DNA of 64,000 bases from Verrucomicrobiota bacterium. Lineage in GTDB: Bacteria; Verrucomicrobiota; Verrucomicrobiia; Limisphaerales; AAA164-E04. The notes beneath the pieces are model-generated. The model did no database searches and was not told where the DNA came from. It saw only the letters and a list, made by a program, of their open reading frames with translations. A program made the translations under genes and the position numbers. This document shows, piece after piece, positions 10,459-20,365 of the stretch; positions within the stretch are counted from its first letter, which is position 1; every line of letters starts with the position of its first letter. The stretch covers positions 3,616,001 through 3,680,000 of the forward strand of contig CP170459.1 of the NCBI GenBank assembly GCA_047947115.1, read 5' to 3'.

Positions 10459-11832
10459 ATGGATCAAACAATGAACACGCGATCATGGATTGTTTTCACA
10501 TTCGGAAGTTACTTAACTGCTCTTTTATGTTTCGTTTCCACACAGTTGCAGTGTGGCGATGTCCCCGGTGATACCCTTTTGTCACGAGATTATCTCACCG
10601 GAGATTGGGCGGGAAGCCGCAATGAACTGTCCATACGGGGCATTGATTTTGGATTTGGTTATACCAGTGAAGTGATGAGCAATCGATCCGGCGGATTGGA
10701 TATTGGCACGGCCTACAATGGTTTGGGTGAGCTGGGAGTGGATTTGGATTTGGAAAAACTGACTTCCTGGTGGAAGGGCGGAAGTTTTCGGGTCAATAGT
10801 ATCTGGCTGCATGGCAGAAGTCCGTCGGATCATTACGTAGGCGATGTGATGGCTTTGTCCAATATTGATGGGCATGACAGCATACGTCTCTACGAAGTCT
10901 GGTGGATGCAGCAGTTTTTCGAACAGCGTTTGACCTTGCAGGTCGGGAACATGCTGGTTGATGAAGATTTTACCGTGAATGACATGGGGGGACTGTTTCT
11001 CAACAGCGCTTTTGGCTGGCCCCAGTTTATCACCGCCAACTCCGGGACAGTCGTTCCTGCCTTTTTTGCAGCCGCTCCGGGCATTCGCATCGGTATTGAG
11101 CCCAATTCAAGATGGATAGCCCAGGCAGGGATATATGACGCCGATTCCTTTGACAGCCCTACCGGGGATCCTGAAATCAATGAGCGGGGAACCCACATTG
11201 AGATCAGTGGAGACCAGGGATATTACGTCGCTTATGAGGTGGGGTATCGACACAATCAATCGGAATCTGATACAGGATTGCCCGGAACCTATAAATTGGG
11301 AGGTTGGTACCACTCCGGAGATTTTGATGATTTATATCGGGACTTGAATGGTAATGCAGCAATTGTGACAGGTGTGGCGCCCCGGGTGCATGAAGGAAAC
11401 TATGGTTTATATGCTTCCGCTGAACAGCTGGTATGGCGTGAATCCGCCAACGATCCCGGTCAAGGGTTGGGGCTGTTTGGGCGCTTTGGATTTGGGCCGC
11501 GGAATCGCAGTGAATATGACTGGGTTGTGGATGGCGGTTTCAATTACACCGGTCTGATTCCATCAAGAGAAGAGGATGTGTTTGGTATTGGTGTTATATG
11601 GGCGAATGTCAGTAGTGACATGCGCCGTCAACAACGTGCCGACCGGGACATAAACGGCTCGCCCGTTCCCTCCATTTCCGATCATGAAATTGCTGTTGAA
11701 GTGACTTACTACGCAGATATTACTCCATGGTGGAGCATTCAGCCGGACATTCAATACATCATCCACCCGGGTGGTTCGTCCGAATTGCCGAATGCGTTTA
11801 TGATTGGTTTGAGGTGCAGCTTGACTTTTTGA
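10459..11832 (+). CDS. OprB-family carbohydrate-selective porin
   Basis: YLTGDWAGSRNELSIRGIDF N-terminus, RLYEVWW, QPDIQYIIHPGG, terminal Phe. Confidence 0.9.
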   Translation: MDQTMNTRSWIVFTFGSYLTALLCFVSTQLQCGDVPGDTLLSRDYLTGDWAGSRNELSIRGIDFGFGYTSEVMSNRSGGLDIGTAYNGLGELGVDLDLEKLTSWWKGGSFRVNSIWLHGRSPSDHYVGDVMALSNIDGHDSIRLYEVWWMQQFFEQRLTLQVGNMLVDEDFTVNDMGGLFLNSAFGWPQFITANSGTVVPAFFAAAPGIRIGIEPNSRWIAQAGIYDADSFDSPTGDPEINERGTHIEISGDQGYYVAYEVGYRHNQSESDTGLPGTYKLGGWYHSGDFDDLYRDLNGNAAIVTGVAPRVHEGNYGLYASAEQLVWRESANDPGQGLGLFGRFGFGPRNRSEYDWVVDGGFNYTGLIPSREEDVFGIGVIWANVSSDMRRQQRADRDINGSPVPSISDHEIAVEVTYYADITPWWSIQPDIQYIIHPGGSSELPNAFMIGLRCSLTF

Positions 11833-11844
11833 AGTGTCAGTGGG

Positions 11845-12546
11845 TCAAATGCGGCGGATCAGCATGGCCGTATTCCAGGCCAGGAATTCTCTCAGGAGGG
11901 GCAAGTCCATCAGGAATCTGAATTCATTGTAATAGCGGGGGACGCAGGCCGACACGTTCAAACCCTTGAGTTCGTCGATCCATTTCAGCGTCTTACCAAT
12001 GTAGGTTGGATAAAGGGTTTTGTAAGGGTGATGGATCCTGGGTTTGCCGATCAGTTTGTCGTATAGAGCCGGCCCCCGCAATGGTCCCAGATAATGAAAG
12101 GGCGAGAAATCATGGCCTCCCCATGGGGATAACCAATTGGTCCAACTGAGGTATAGATAAGCTCCCGGGTTCAACAGGTCGCGCATATTCCTGAGGAATC
12201 GCTGCGGATCCGACAAGTGTTCGAACACATTGGAACAAACGATCAGGTCGTGGCTTCCCAGTTTTTCATAATCATCATGGTCCAGATCTATTTGGATAAA
12301 AGGTGATCTGGCTCGTTCCGGGATCAGGTTGTTTTCAATATCGGCATAGGTCAGATTGCATGCCTTTTTCTCCAGTTCCCCGCCAAACACACCGTGGCCA
12401 CACCCCAGATCGAGAGCCTGAATCTCCGCATGCATAGGGACGTTTTGTTGAAGCATCCATTCAACCGCATCGATGGCCTGCATTTCGTAGAAACGAGTGT
12501 CGTCTCCGTGTTTCAGGTGGTGGGCTATCAATTGATGAATGATCAT
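11845..12546 (-). CDS. class I SAM-dependent methyltransferase
   Basis: ALDLGCGHG motif I; DLIVCSNVFEHL; LNPGAYL. Confidence 0.9.
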   Translation of the reverse strand: MIIHQLIAHHLKHGDDTRFYEMQAIDAVEWMLQQNVPMHAEIQALDLGCGHGVFGGELEKKACNLTYADIENNLIPERARSPFIQIDLDHDDYEKLGSHDLIVCSNVFEHLSDPQRFLRNMRDLLNPGAYLYLSWTNWLSPWGGHDFSPFHYLGPLRGPALYDKLIGKPRIHHPYKTLYPTYIGKTLKWIDELKGLNVSACVPRYYNEFRFLMDLPLLREFLAWNTAMLIRRI

Positions 12547-12581
12547 AGGTGCGATTTTATCCCGGCCTTGGAGGTGTTTCC

Positions 12582-14009
12582 TCAGGCAAGTAATTCAGGA
12601 ATGATGTTACCCGCGATATCGGTCAGACGATAGTGTCGTCCCTGAAACTTGAAGGTCAGTTTGAGGTGATCAATTCCCAGCAGATGCAACATGTTGGCGT
12701 GTAGATCATTGACGCTGACCGGGTTCTCGGCAATGTTGTAGCTGAAATCGTCAGTGGTGCCATATTGGGTGCCCGGTCGAATGCCTCCGCCGGCCATCCA
12801 GATGGAAAAGCATCGCGGGTGGTGGTCTCGGCCGTAATTTTTTTCCGTAAGTGTGCCCTGACAGTAAACGGTTCGCCCAAACTCGCCTCCCCACACAACC
12901 AGGGTTTCGTCCAGTAAGCCGCGTTGTTTGAGATCGGTCAGGAGTGCTGCCGAAGCCTGGTCGGTTTGTTTGCAGCGTTCTTTGAGACTGCTGGGCAGGG
13001 CGGAGTGATGATCCCATCCACGGTGCAACAACTGAATAAATCGCACATCCCGCTCCGCAAGGCGTCGAGCCATCAGGCAGTTGTGAGCGAAAGTGCCGGG
13101 TTGACGCGCTTCTTCTCCGTAGAGCTGGAAGGTGGATTCGGATTCTCCGGACAGATCCGTCAAATCCGGTATGGATTGCTGCATTCGAAACGCCATTTCG
13201 TATTGAGCGATTCGTGTCAGGATTTCCGGATGCTGTGACTTACCAAAGGACTCAAGGTTCAAGGCGGCAATGTCATCCAGTACCCGACGGCGAGCTTCTT
13301 TGGGGAACCCTTTGGGATCGGACAGGTAAAGTACCGGATCACCTTTGGAACGGAATTTCACACCCTGGTGAACCGAAGGCAGGAAACCGCTGCCCCACAA
13401 ACGGTCGTAGAGCGGTTGGCCGCCTCGATGTGAAACCATCACCACAAAGTTGGGAAGGTTCTGGTTGGCTGAACCCAGTCCGTAGGAAAGCCAAGAGCCC
13501 ATGCTGGGGCGTCCGGATAGTTGAAATCCCGTCTGGAAAAAGGTGATGGCTGGATCGTGATTGATCGCTTCGGTGTGCATGGTGCGGATGACGCAGAGTT
13601 CATCTGCCACACCCTGCAAGTGCGGCAGGGCGCTGCTCATCCATTGTCCTGATTGACCATGTTGATTGAATTCAAAGCCGGACGGAGCCACCGGGAAAGT
13701 ATCCTGACCGGCCGTCATGCCGGTGAGGCGCTGCCCCCTCCGCACCGAGTCCGGAAGATCCATGCCCGTTCGTTTGTGAAGGCCGGGTTTGTAATCAAAC
13801 AAATCCAACTGGGAAGGGCCCCCCGATTGAAAAAGGTAGATGACCCTTTTTGCTTTGGCTGTGTGATGGGTCGTGCCAAGGATGCCCTTGAAAGGCTCTT
13901 GAACGACCGGAGCAGCCTTGGCTTCCAGATCCATCAACGCCATGGTTCCCAGTCCGGTGGACAATTGTCCCAGGAACGTCCTTCGGCTTTTGATGGTAGA
14001 ATCATTCAT
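12582..14009 (-). CDS. DUF1501 domain-containing protein (Tat signal)
   Basis: SRRTFL, KAKRVIYLFQSGGPSQLDLFDYKP, WGGEFGRT, GRDHHP. Alternative start 14045. Confidence 0.9.
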   Translation of the reverse strand: MNDSTIKSRRTFLGQLSTGLGTMALMDLEAKAAPVVQEPFKGILGTTHHTAKAKRVIYLFQSGGPSQLDLFDYKPGLHKRTGMDLPDSVRRGQRLTGMTAGQDTFPVAPSGFEFNQHGQSGQWMSSALPHLQGVADELCVIRTMHTEAINHDPAITFFQTGFQLSGRPSMGSWLSYGLGSANQNLPNFVVMVSHRGGQPLYDRLWGSGFLPSVHQGVKFRSKGDPVLYLSDPKGFPKEARRRVLDDIAALNLESFGKSQHPEILTRIAQYEMAFRMQQSIPDLTDLSGESESTFQLYGEEARQPGTFAHNCLMARRLAERDVRFIQLLHRGWDHHSALPSSLKERCKQTDQASAALLTDLKQRGLLDETLVVWGGEFGRTVYCQGTLTEKNYGRDHHPRCFSIWMAGGGIRPGTQYGTTDDFSYNIAENPVSVNDLHANMLHLLGIDHLKLTFKFQGRHYRLTDIAGNIIPELLA

Positions 14010-14103
14010 GTGATTTCGGGCTGCAGAATCTGATTTGAAGGACATTTAATCATGGTGTTCCGGGTTTGACAATGCATTCATCACTTGATGGGGTGATGCA
14101 AAC

Positions 14104-16152
14104 ATGCTACTTCAAGCCCATACCATGATGAATCCAAATACCTCCAAGCATCAATGTCGGCGGGTTGCCGGTGGGCTCATTGCCATTGTACAATGTTGTT
14201 TAATCACTCTCCTGATATCGACTTCGAACGTGGATGGTCAGGGTTTGATGGAAAAGGGCATCGAGATCCCCTCCCAAACCAAGCGCGCACTCACCGAAGC
14301 CCTTGAGCCTCTTGAAGCTGCTGTTGAGTATATTCACCAGAGCGAGGATCCCTTTGTGCGGGCCTATGCGCCGGATGTGTTGATTTATTTGAAAGCGGTC
14401 AAGGGCGCACTGGATGCCAATGAATTTCATCGTGCTGCTCAGTTTGAGGTGGCGGAACAATTGATCGTTCGGGGGCTAGAAAGGGCGGCGCTCCTGATGA
14501 ACGGCAAGGCACCATGGGCTCGGCAAACCGGGTTGGTCGTGCGGGGATACCGGTCGAGACTCGACGATTCCATCCAGCCTTATGGATTGGTCGTGCCAGA
14601 GTCCTGGCAGGCGGAGGCGGGGCAAAGTCATCGTTTGGACGTTTGGTTGCACGGTCGGGACAACAGCTTGACGGAACTGAAGTTCATCGATCAGCGCGAG
14701 CGATCACCGGGGCAATTTACTCCCGACCATACCTTTGTGCTTCATCCTTACGGGCGCTTTTGCAATGCCTTTAAGTTTGCCGGCGAAGTCGACGTTTTTG
14801 AAGCGATGGCACACGTTAAGGAACAGTATCCCATAAATGAAGACCGAGTGTCGGTTCGGGGATTCTCGATGGGGGGTGCCGGGTGCTGGCACTTGGCGGT
14901 TCATTATGCCGATCGATGGGCCGCAGCCGCCCCGGGCGCAGGATTTGCCGAGTCGGCGGATTATCTGGGATTGTGGAAAAAGGAAACCAAACCCACATGG
15001 TATGAAAGCAAACTATGGAGACTGTACGATGCGGATGAATATGCTCTGAACCTGTTTCATTTACCCACGGTTGCCTACAGTGGCGGAGCAGACAAGCAGA
15101 TTCAGGCCGCCCGCATGATGGAGCTTGCTCTGGAACGTGAGGGAATGCAACTGGCGCACATCATTGGTCCCGACACCGGTCATCGCTATCATCCCGAAGC
15201 CAAAAAAGAAGTGGAGAGAAGGGTGGATCAACTGGCTTCCATTGGACGCCAGCGCATTCCTCATAAAGTGAAAATGACCACTTACACATTGAAATACCCG
15301 GGGATGCACTGGGTACAATTGACCGGACTGGAGCGCCATTGGGAAAAAGCCGTTGTGCATGCGGAAATTCAAGGCGATGCAGTAGTCGAAGTGAAGACAA
15401 AGAACGTGACCGGTTTGAAGCTGACCATGCAAGCCGGAGAATGCCCCCTTGATCCGGGTGCAACGCCAGTGGTGAAGATTGACGGACAATCATTGAACGT
15501 CGATAAGGTGGAGACCGATTTGTCCTGGAATGTTTCCCTGGCAAAACAGGATGGCCATTGGAAGAGAGTGGATGCCGGAAATCGTGGAGTGTTGTTGAGA
15601 AAGAAACCCGGATTGCAGGGGCCCATCGACGATGCTTTCATGGATCGATTTGTGATTGTGAAACCCAGCGGTAGGGTGAGCCGAAGTTTGTCGGATCGCT
15701 GGATCCGGCGCGAACAGGTTCGATTGGAACAGGAGTGGCGTGAGCAGTTCCGCGGCGAAGCGCGAGTTGTTTCCGATTTGGAATTCAAAGCTGATCAATG
15801 GAAAGATGCCAACTGGATACTTTTCGGGTCCCCCGAAACAAATGCCCTGATCAAGCAGATGGCACCTTTCCTTCCCATTCAATGGCGCGCGGGCAACATT
15901 CGTGTGGGAGAGCATGTGTTTGATGATACCCGGCATGTTCCGGTGCTGATCTTTCCGAATCCCATGAACCCCGAGAAGTATGTTGTCTTGAACAGCGGCT
16001 TCACTTTCCGCGGCTACGGCAGCAACGCGACTCAAGTTCCACGATTGCCGGATTACGCCATCATCGACACGCGCGTACGCGCCACGAGTGAAACTCCCGG
16101 GGGAATTGTCGTGACAGGATTTTTTGACGAACACTGGCAGTTGAACTTCTAA
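14104..16152 (+). CDS. secreted alpha/beta hydrolase (prolyl oligopeptidase/esterase-like)
   Basis: Signal-like N-terminus, VWLHGR, nucleophile motif GFSMGG, GH near the end of the hydrolase domain. Confidence 0.8.
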   Translation: MLLQAHTMMNPNTSKHQCRRVAGGLIAIVQCCLITLLISTSNVDGQGLMEKGIEIPSQTKRALTEALEPLEAAVEYIHQSEDPFVRAYAPDVLIYLKAVKGALDANEFHRAAQFEVAEQLIVRGLERAALLMNGKAPWARQTGLVVRGYRSRLDDSIQPYGLVVPESWQAEAGQSHRLDVWLHGRDNSLTELKFIDQRERSPGQFTPDHTFVLHPYGRFCNAFKFAGEVDVFEAMAHVKEQYPINEDRVSVRGFSMGGAGCWHLAVHYADRWAAAAPGAGFAESADYLGLWKKETKPTWYESKLWRLYDADEYALNLFHLPTVAYSGGADKQIQAARMMELALEREGMQLAHIIGPDTGHRYHPEAKKEVERRVDQLASIGRQRIPHKVKMTTYTLKYPGMHWVQLTGLERHWEKAVVHAEIQGDAVVEVKTKNVTGLKLTMQAGECPLDPGATPVVKIDGQSLNVDKVETDLSWNVSLAKQDGHWKRVDAGNRGVLLRKKPGLQGPIDDAFMDRFVIVKPSGRVSRSLSDRWIRREQVRLEQEWREQFRGEARVVSDLEFKADQWKDANWILFGSPETNALIKQMAPFLPIQWRAGNIRVGEHVFDDTRHVPVLIFPNPMNPEKYVVLNSGFTFRGYGSNATQVPRLPDYAIIDTRVRATSETPGGIVVTGFFDEHWQLNF

Positions 16153-16163
16153 GGGATTGCTTC

Positions 16164-17039
16164 ATGGGACAGCCAACAAAACGCGTTCAAAAACGCAAAA
16201 CTGTGATGAGGAAAAAGACTGCCAGGGCGACAACGTCAAAGGTGGCCCCTCTTGAAGTAAAGTCTCTTTCCGTTCAAAGAAACGGAAAACGCATATTAAA
16301 CAATGTCCATTGGAAGATCCAACCGGGAGAAAACTGGGTGGTGCTTGGTTCCAACGGCTCGGGAAAAACCACCCTGTTGAGCACTTTGCTTGGCTATTTC
16401 ATGCCGACAAAAGGGGACATCAGTTTGTTGGGGCAACAGTATGGAGACTGTGACTGGCGGGAGTTGCGAATGAAGCTTGGCATCGTGAGTTCCTCCCTCC
16501 GGCAGCTCATGGCGGATGAGGAACCCGCACTGCATTCCGTGATAACAGGCAAATACGCCATGATCGATCTATGGGGGAAACCCAAAGAAAAAGATGTCAA
16601 GGAAGCCATGAAAATCCTCCGTCAGATAGAATGCCAATCTCTTGCCAATCGCCCCTGGGCGGTTTTGTCTCAGGGAGAGCGTCAACGGATTCTCATCGGG
16701 CGTGCCCTGATGGCTCAACCTGAAGTGTTGATTCTCGACGAACCCTGTGCGGGATTGGATCCGGCTGCGCGGGAGCATTTCCTCCAGTTTCTGGAACGAC
16801 TGGGAAAAGCCTCCAACGCGCCCACTTTTATTCTCGTCACCCATCATGTTGAGGAAATCACCCCCATGTACACCCACACTTTCATGCTCAAAAAAGGGAA
16901 AGTCATCGCTTGTGGGCCCATCTCAACAACTCTCAATTCCGCCCATCTCAGCGAAACCTTTTCCGCTTCCGTGAAATTGCGACGACAAGGGGGCAGATAC
17001 GCATTGGAGATAGGTCAGACCCGTGGCAAATGGATGTGA
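16164..17039 (+). CDS. ABC-type ATP-binding protein (ModF/YlmA-like)
   Basis: Walker A GSNGSGKT, signature LSQGE, Walker B LILDEP, H-loop VTHH. Confidence 0.9.
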   Translation: MGQPTKRVQKRKTVMRKKTARATTSKVAPLEVKSLSVQRNGKRILNNVHWKIQPGENWVVLGSNGSGKTTLLSTLLGYFMPTKGDISLLGQQYGDCDWRELRMKLGIVSSSLRQLMADEEPALHSVITGKYAMIDLWGKPKEKDVKEAMKILRQIECQSLANRPWAVLSQGERQRILIGRALMAQPEVLILDEPCAGLDPAAREHFLQFLERLGKASNAPTFILVTHHVEEITPMYTHTFMLKKGKVIACGPISTTLNSAHLSETFSASVKLRRQGGRYALEIGQTRGKWM

Positions 17040-17233
17040 AGTGGTGAAAAGGTCCTGTTTTCATCTGCTCTCGCATCGATCCATCACGGGAGAACGGTCC
17101 TGATGTGACGAGTCTGCGGCTGCAAAAGGCTGGAATCACCGATTAATGGGACAAACGACCCTCTGAACTTGTTTGGCTGCTTGACAAGTGATTGGTGTCA
17201 GGGAGAGACTGCCTCTCTCGTTTTTTTACCATT

Positions 17234-18676
17234 ATGGCGGAACCGAAAGCAAATGAACTCATGGAAAAAATCGTGTCGTTGTGCAAACGACGCGGATTCA
17301 TCTTTCAATCATCTGAAATCTACGGCGGCATCAACGGCTTCTGGGATTACGGTCCATTGGGTGCGGAGTTAAAGCGCAACGTCAAAGATCTCTGGTGGCA
17401 CTCGATGACACGGGACCGTGAGGATGTGGTGGGATTGGACGCCACAATCATCATGCATCCCAAGGTCTGGGATGCCAGCGGTCATACCTCCACCTTCAGC
17501 GATCCGATGGTGGACTGTAAGGATTGCAAGGGGCGTTTCCGTGCCGATCAGGTCGACAATACCCCTTGTCCGAGGAAATCGAGCAAAATGGTGTCCGAGT
17601 GTGGTTCAGAAAAGACCGAGCCCCGCGCTTTCAATTTGATGTTCAAAACCTATGTCGGACCGGTGGAGACCGAGGACAATGTGGCCTATCTGCGTCCCGA
17701 GACCGCCCAGGCGATCTTTGCACAGTTCAAAAACGTCTCCGAAGTTTCCCGTCAGAAGGTGCCCTTTGGAATCTGTCAGATCGGTAAAGCCTTTCGCAAC
17801 GAGATCAATCCGCGCAATTATACCTTTCGTTCGCGGGAATTCGAGCAGATGGAACTGGAGTTCTTCATCAAACCGGATGAAGTGGCTCACGGGCAGGGAG
17901 GAGCTCCGGCCGAAGACGCCCCGACCGAAACACCCGCACCCAACTGGGGATGGAAGCAATGGCATTCCTACTGGGTGGACCAACGCCTGCGCTGGTATGA
18001 AAGCATCGGGTTGCCGGCGGATTCTCTGGAACTTTATTGGCAGACCGAGAAAGAGTTGGCTCATTATGCGCGCGCGACGGTGGATATCATGTATAAATTT
18101 CCATTCGGCGTTCAGGAATTGGAAGGTGTTGCGGCCCGCTCCGATTATGATTTGACCCAGCATCAGGAACATAGCGGCAAGTCGATGGAGTATTTTGACG
18201 AGGAATCCAAAGCTCGTTACATCCCCCACGTGATCGAGCCGAGCGCCGGAGTGGATCGCATGGTGCTGGCCCTGATTTGCAATGCCTATTACGAAGCCAT
18301 GATTCCCAACGCGAAGGGCGTACCGGAAAAACGTGTGGTGATGCGTTTTCATCCCAAGGTGGCTCCCGTCAAGGTCGGGGTCTTTCCTTTGTTGAAGAAC
18401 AAGCCGGAACTGGTTGATAAAGCCAAAGCCGTCTATGATTTGCTCAAGCCCCATTTCAACTGTTTCTATGACGAAGCGGGCGCCATTGGTAAACGTTACG
18501 CCCGTCAGGACGAAATTGGCACACCCTTCTGTGTCACGGTGGATTTCGACACGTTGGGCGAAAATGCGGATCTGTTGGATACCGTGACCCTGCGTGAACG
18601 CGATACGACCAACCAGAGTCGGGTCGCCATCAGTGAATTGTTGGGAACCCTGAAAAAGGGGCTTGGATTGCCTTGA
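17234..18676 (+). CDS. glyQS: glycine--tRNA ligase, alpha2 (dimeric) type
   Basis: LCKRRGFIFQSSEIYGG, YLRPETAQ, GKAFRNEI, FRSREFEQME, IEPSAGVDR, anticodon domain IGKRYARQDEIGTP. Confidence 0.97.
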   Translation: MAEPKANELMEKIVSLCKRRGFIFQSSEIYGGINGFWDYGPLGAELKRNVKDLWWHSMTRDREDVVGLDATIIMHPKVWDASGHTSTFSDPMVDCKDCKGRFRADQVDNTPCPRKSSKMVSECGSEKTEPRAFNLMFKTYVGPVETEDNVAYLRPETAQAIFAQFKNVSEVSRQKVPFGICQIGKAFRNEINPRNYTFRSREFEQMELEFFIKPDEVAHGQGGAPAEDAPTETPAPNWGWKQWHSYWVDQRLRWYESIGLPADSLELYWQTEKELAHYARATVDIMYKFPFGVQELEGVAARSDYDLTQHQEHSGKSMEYFDEESKARYIPHVIEPSAGVDRMVLALICNAYYEAMIPNAKGVPEKRVVMRFHPKVAPVKVGVFPLLKNKPELVDKAKAVYDLLKPHFNCFYDEAGAIGKRYARQDEIGTPFCVTVDFDTLGENADLLDTVTLRERDTTNQSRVAISELLGTLKKGLGLP

Positions 18677-18689
18677 ACGACCGGATGCC

Positions 18690-20360
18690 ATGGTTTGTTT
18701 TTTACGGGATCAACTCGGAAAACGGACCTGTTGGGTTGCTCCCTGGGTGCTTTGTCTTCTATTGGAAGGATGTGGCGGCGGAGCGACCCCACACCATCCG
18801 CCTGACGATACCTTAATCGGAGCACTGCAGGTTGTGGCCGAGCAGGGCACTCCCAAGGTGCCTCTTCCGACTTTTTCATGCTGGAATACAGGCCAAAGCG
18901 GTCCCGGTTGGCGCCCCTCAGAGCAATTGAGGTTTTTCAGCGAAGCCCCAGGATGGCTGCCCTGGTTTGAGTTGTATGCGGACCTGATTCCCCGGTCCGT
19001 TGATGATGATTATTATCGGGCTAGTTGGGCACATGCACGAGAGCGTGGATTGCCGGTGCATTTCGTGTCCGATAATCTGGTTGAATCTTTCAGAACCTAT
19101 CGAGGCCCTGGAAACTGGCGTGAAGCCCAGGAGGAATCGGAGCATCCATGGATTGTTAATGAGGATGGTTCTTTCGTCAAATTGGCTTCGCCGCTGGGAA
19201 CCAAATCACATTGGTTTGAGTTGGGGAAAATCATTGGGACAGCGCTCAAACCTTTCGCCGAAACCTACGTTCCCCCTTATGTCCTGCTCTCCGACAACAA
19301 TGAAAACGGTTTCGTTCGAATGCGAACCTTTCACGAAGATTACCGTCTGGCCCCTTTGTTGGCGGAAGCAGAACCTGGCGAGGAAAGGGAAACTCTGAAG
19401 CGTCGTCTTTACCGCGAAGGTCAGGGAGAGCGTTATCAGTTGATGAGAAAAGGGATTGAATCGGCAGTTCCCGAGTGGGAAGGGCGCGTTCATATGATGG
19501 GCTACGGAACGTTTGGACAGAAATTCGGTGTGTCCCGATCCCGGACTTTTCCTAATCGATACAACGTGCCATGGGTGACGCCTGAAGGTCAGGGCAAGGA
19601 AGATCTGACCCATCAAGGTGTCTGGTCCAATACGGGTTACCTGACTTACCGAAAACATCATCAAGTGGCCTCCGGAGCGGTGGAATCCTGCAATCTTCAC
19701 TACGCATGGCATCATTTCGAAAATCAACATCACCCGTTCATTAAGGGACAAATCTTCTGGCAGGTTTCCAATAGTGCCATCAGCATTGACCATTGGATGG
19801 CACATATCCGGTCCTGCATGTGGCTGGCCAAACCGGAGCATGTGATGTATTTTCTGAGTTCCTCTAGTTTTATTTTGGATGGCGAGGATTGGTTTCTGGC
19901 ATTGCGTGCAGCGGTATTTGAGATTCATAAGGACCCGGTGCTGCGACGACATTGGCTTGCCGGCCATTTGGTGGAAAATCCAGAGGGACATCCATATCAG
20001 GAGATGCTCCCCGATACCTATAAAGACCCGGTGAACCATCGATGGTTCCTTCTTGATGCGCCCATCAACCGGCGTTTTGATGAACAGGGACGGGACAGAT
20101 GGCGTTTGGATCTTGCACGGCAGACCATTGTCGATGTCTGGGCTTTTGTCTCCGAACTGAACCTGAAGGACGGACGGATCGAGCGCCTGATTTATGCCTG
20201 TTCCACCTATCGAGCACTTGAAAACACCCAGGTCAAGGTTCCGGGTGTGGGGATGGTGACCTTGCCGGAAGTTTCCAAGCGCGGCGAATTTTATCTGCTT
20301 CACGAGGACGGTTCCCTCCAACGGAATCAAACACCGCTCGACGAGATTGAATGGAACTGA
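18690..20360 (+). CDS. hypothetical lipoprotein, possibly a glycoside hydrolase-like fold
   Basis: Long ORF with lipobox-like LLLEGC, Trp-rich, SDNNE motif; no family recognised. Confidence 0.6.
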   Translation: MVCFLRDQLGKRTCWVAPWVLCLLLEGCGGGATPHHPPDDTLIGALQVVAEQGTPKVPLPTFSCWNTGQSGPGWRPSEQLRFFSEAPGWLPWFELYADLIPRSVDDDYYRASWAHARERGLPVHFVSDNLVESFRTYRGPGNWREAQEESEHPWIVNEDGSFVKLASPLGTKSHWFELGKIIGTALKPFAETYVPPYVLLSDNNENGFVRMRTFHEDYRLAPLLAEAEPGEERETLKRRLYREGQGERYQLMRKGIESAVPEWEGRVHMMGYGTFGQKFGVSRSRTFPNRYNVPWVTPEGQGKEDLTHQGVWSNTGYLTYRKHHQVASGAVESCNLHYAWHHFENQHHPFIKGQIFWQVSNSAISIDHWMAHIRSCMWLAKPEHVMYFLSSSSFILDGEDWFLALRAAVFEIHKDPVLRRHWLAGHLVENPEGHPYQEMLPDTYKDPVNHRWFLLDAPINRRFDEQGRDRWRLDLARQTIVDVWAFVSELNLKDGRIERLIYACSTYRALENTQVKVPGVGMVTLPEVSKRGEFYLLHEDGSLQRNQTPLDEIEWN

Positions 20361-20365
20361 TAGGT

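Noticed and set aside
17606..18691. 361-aa antisense ORF over glyQS (likewise 19206-20384, 46784-47731, 59206-60033)
   Set aside because: They overlap more convincing genes almost entirely, have no motifs, and are expected from codon bias.
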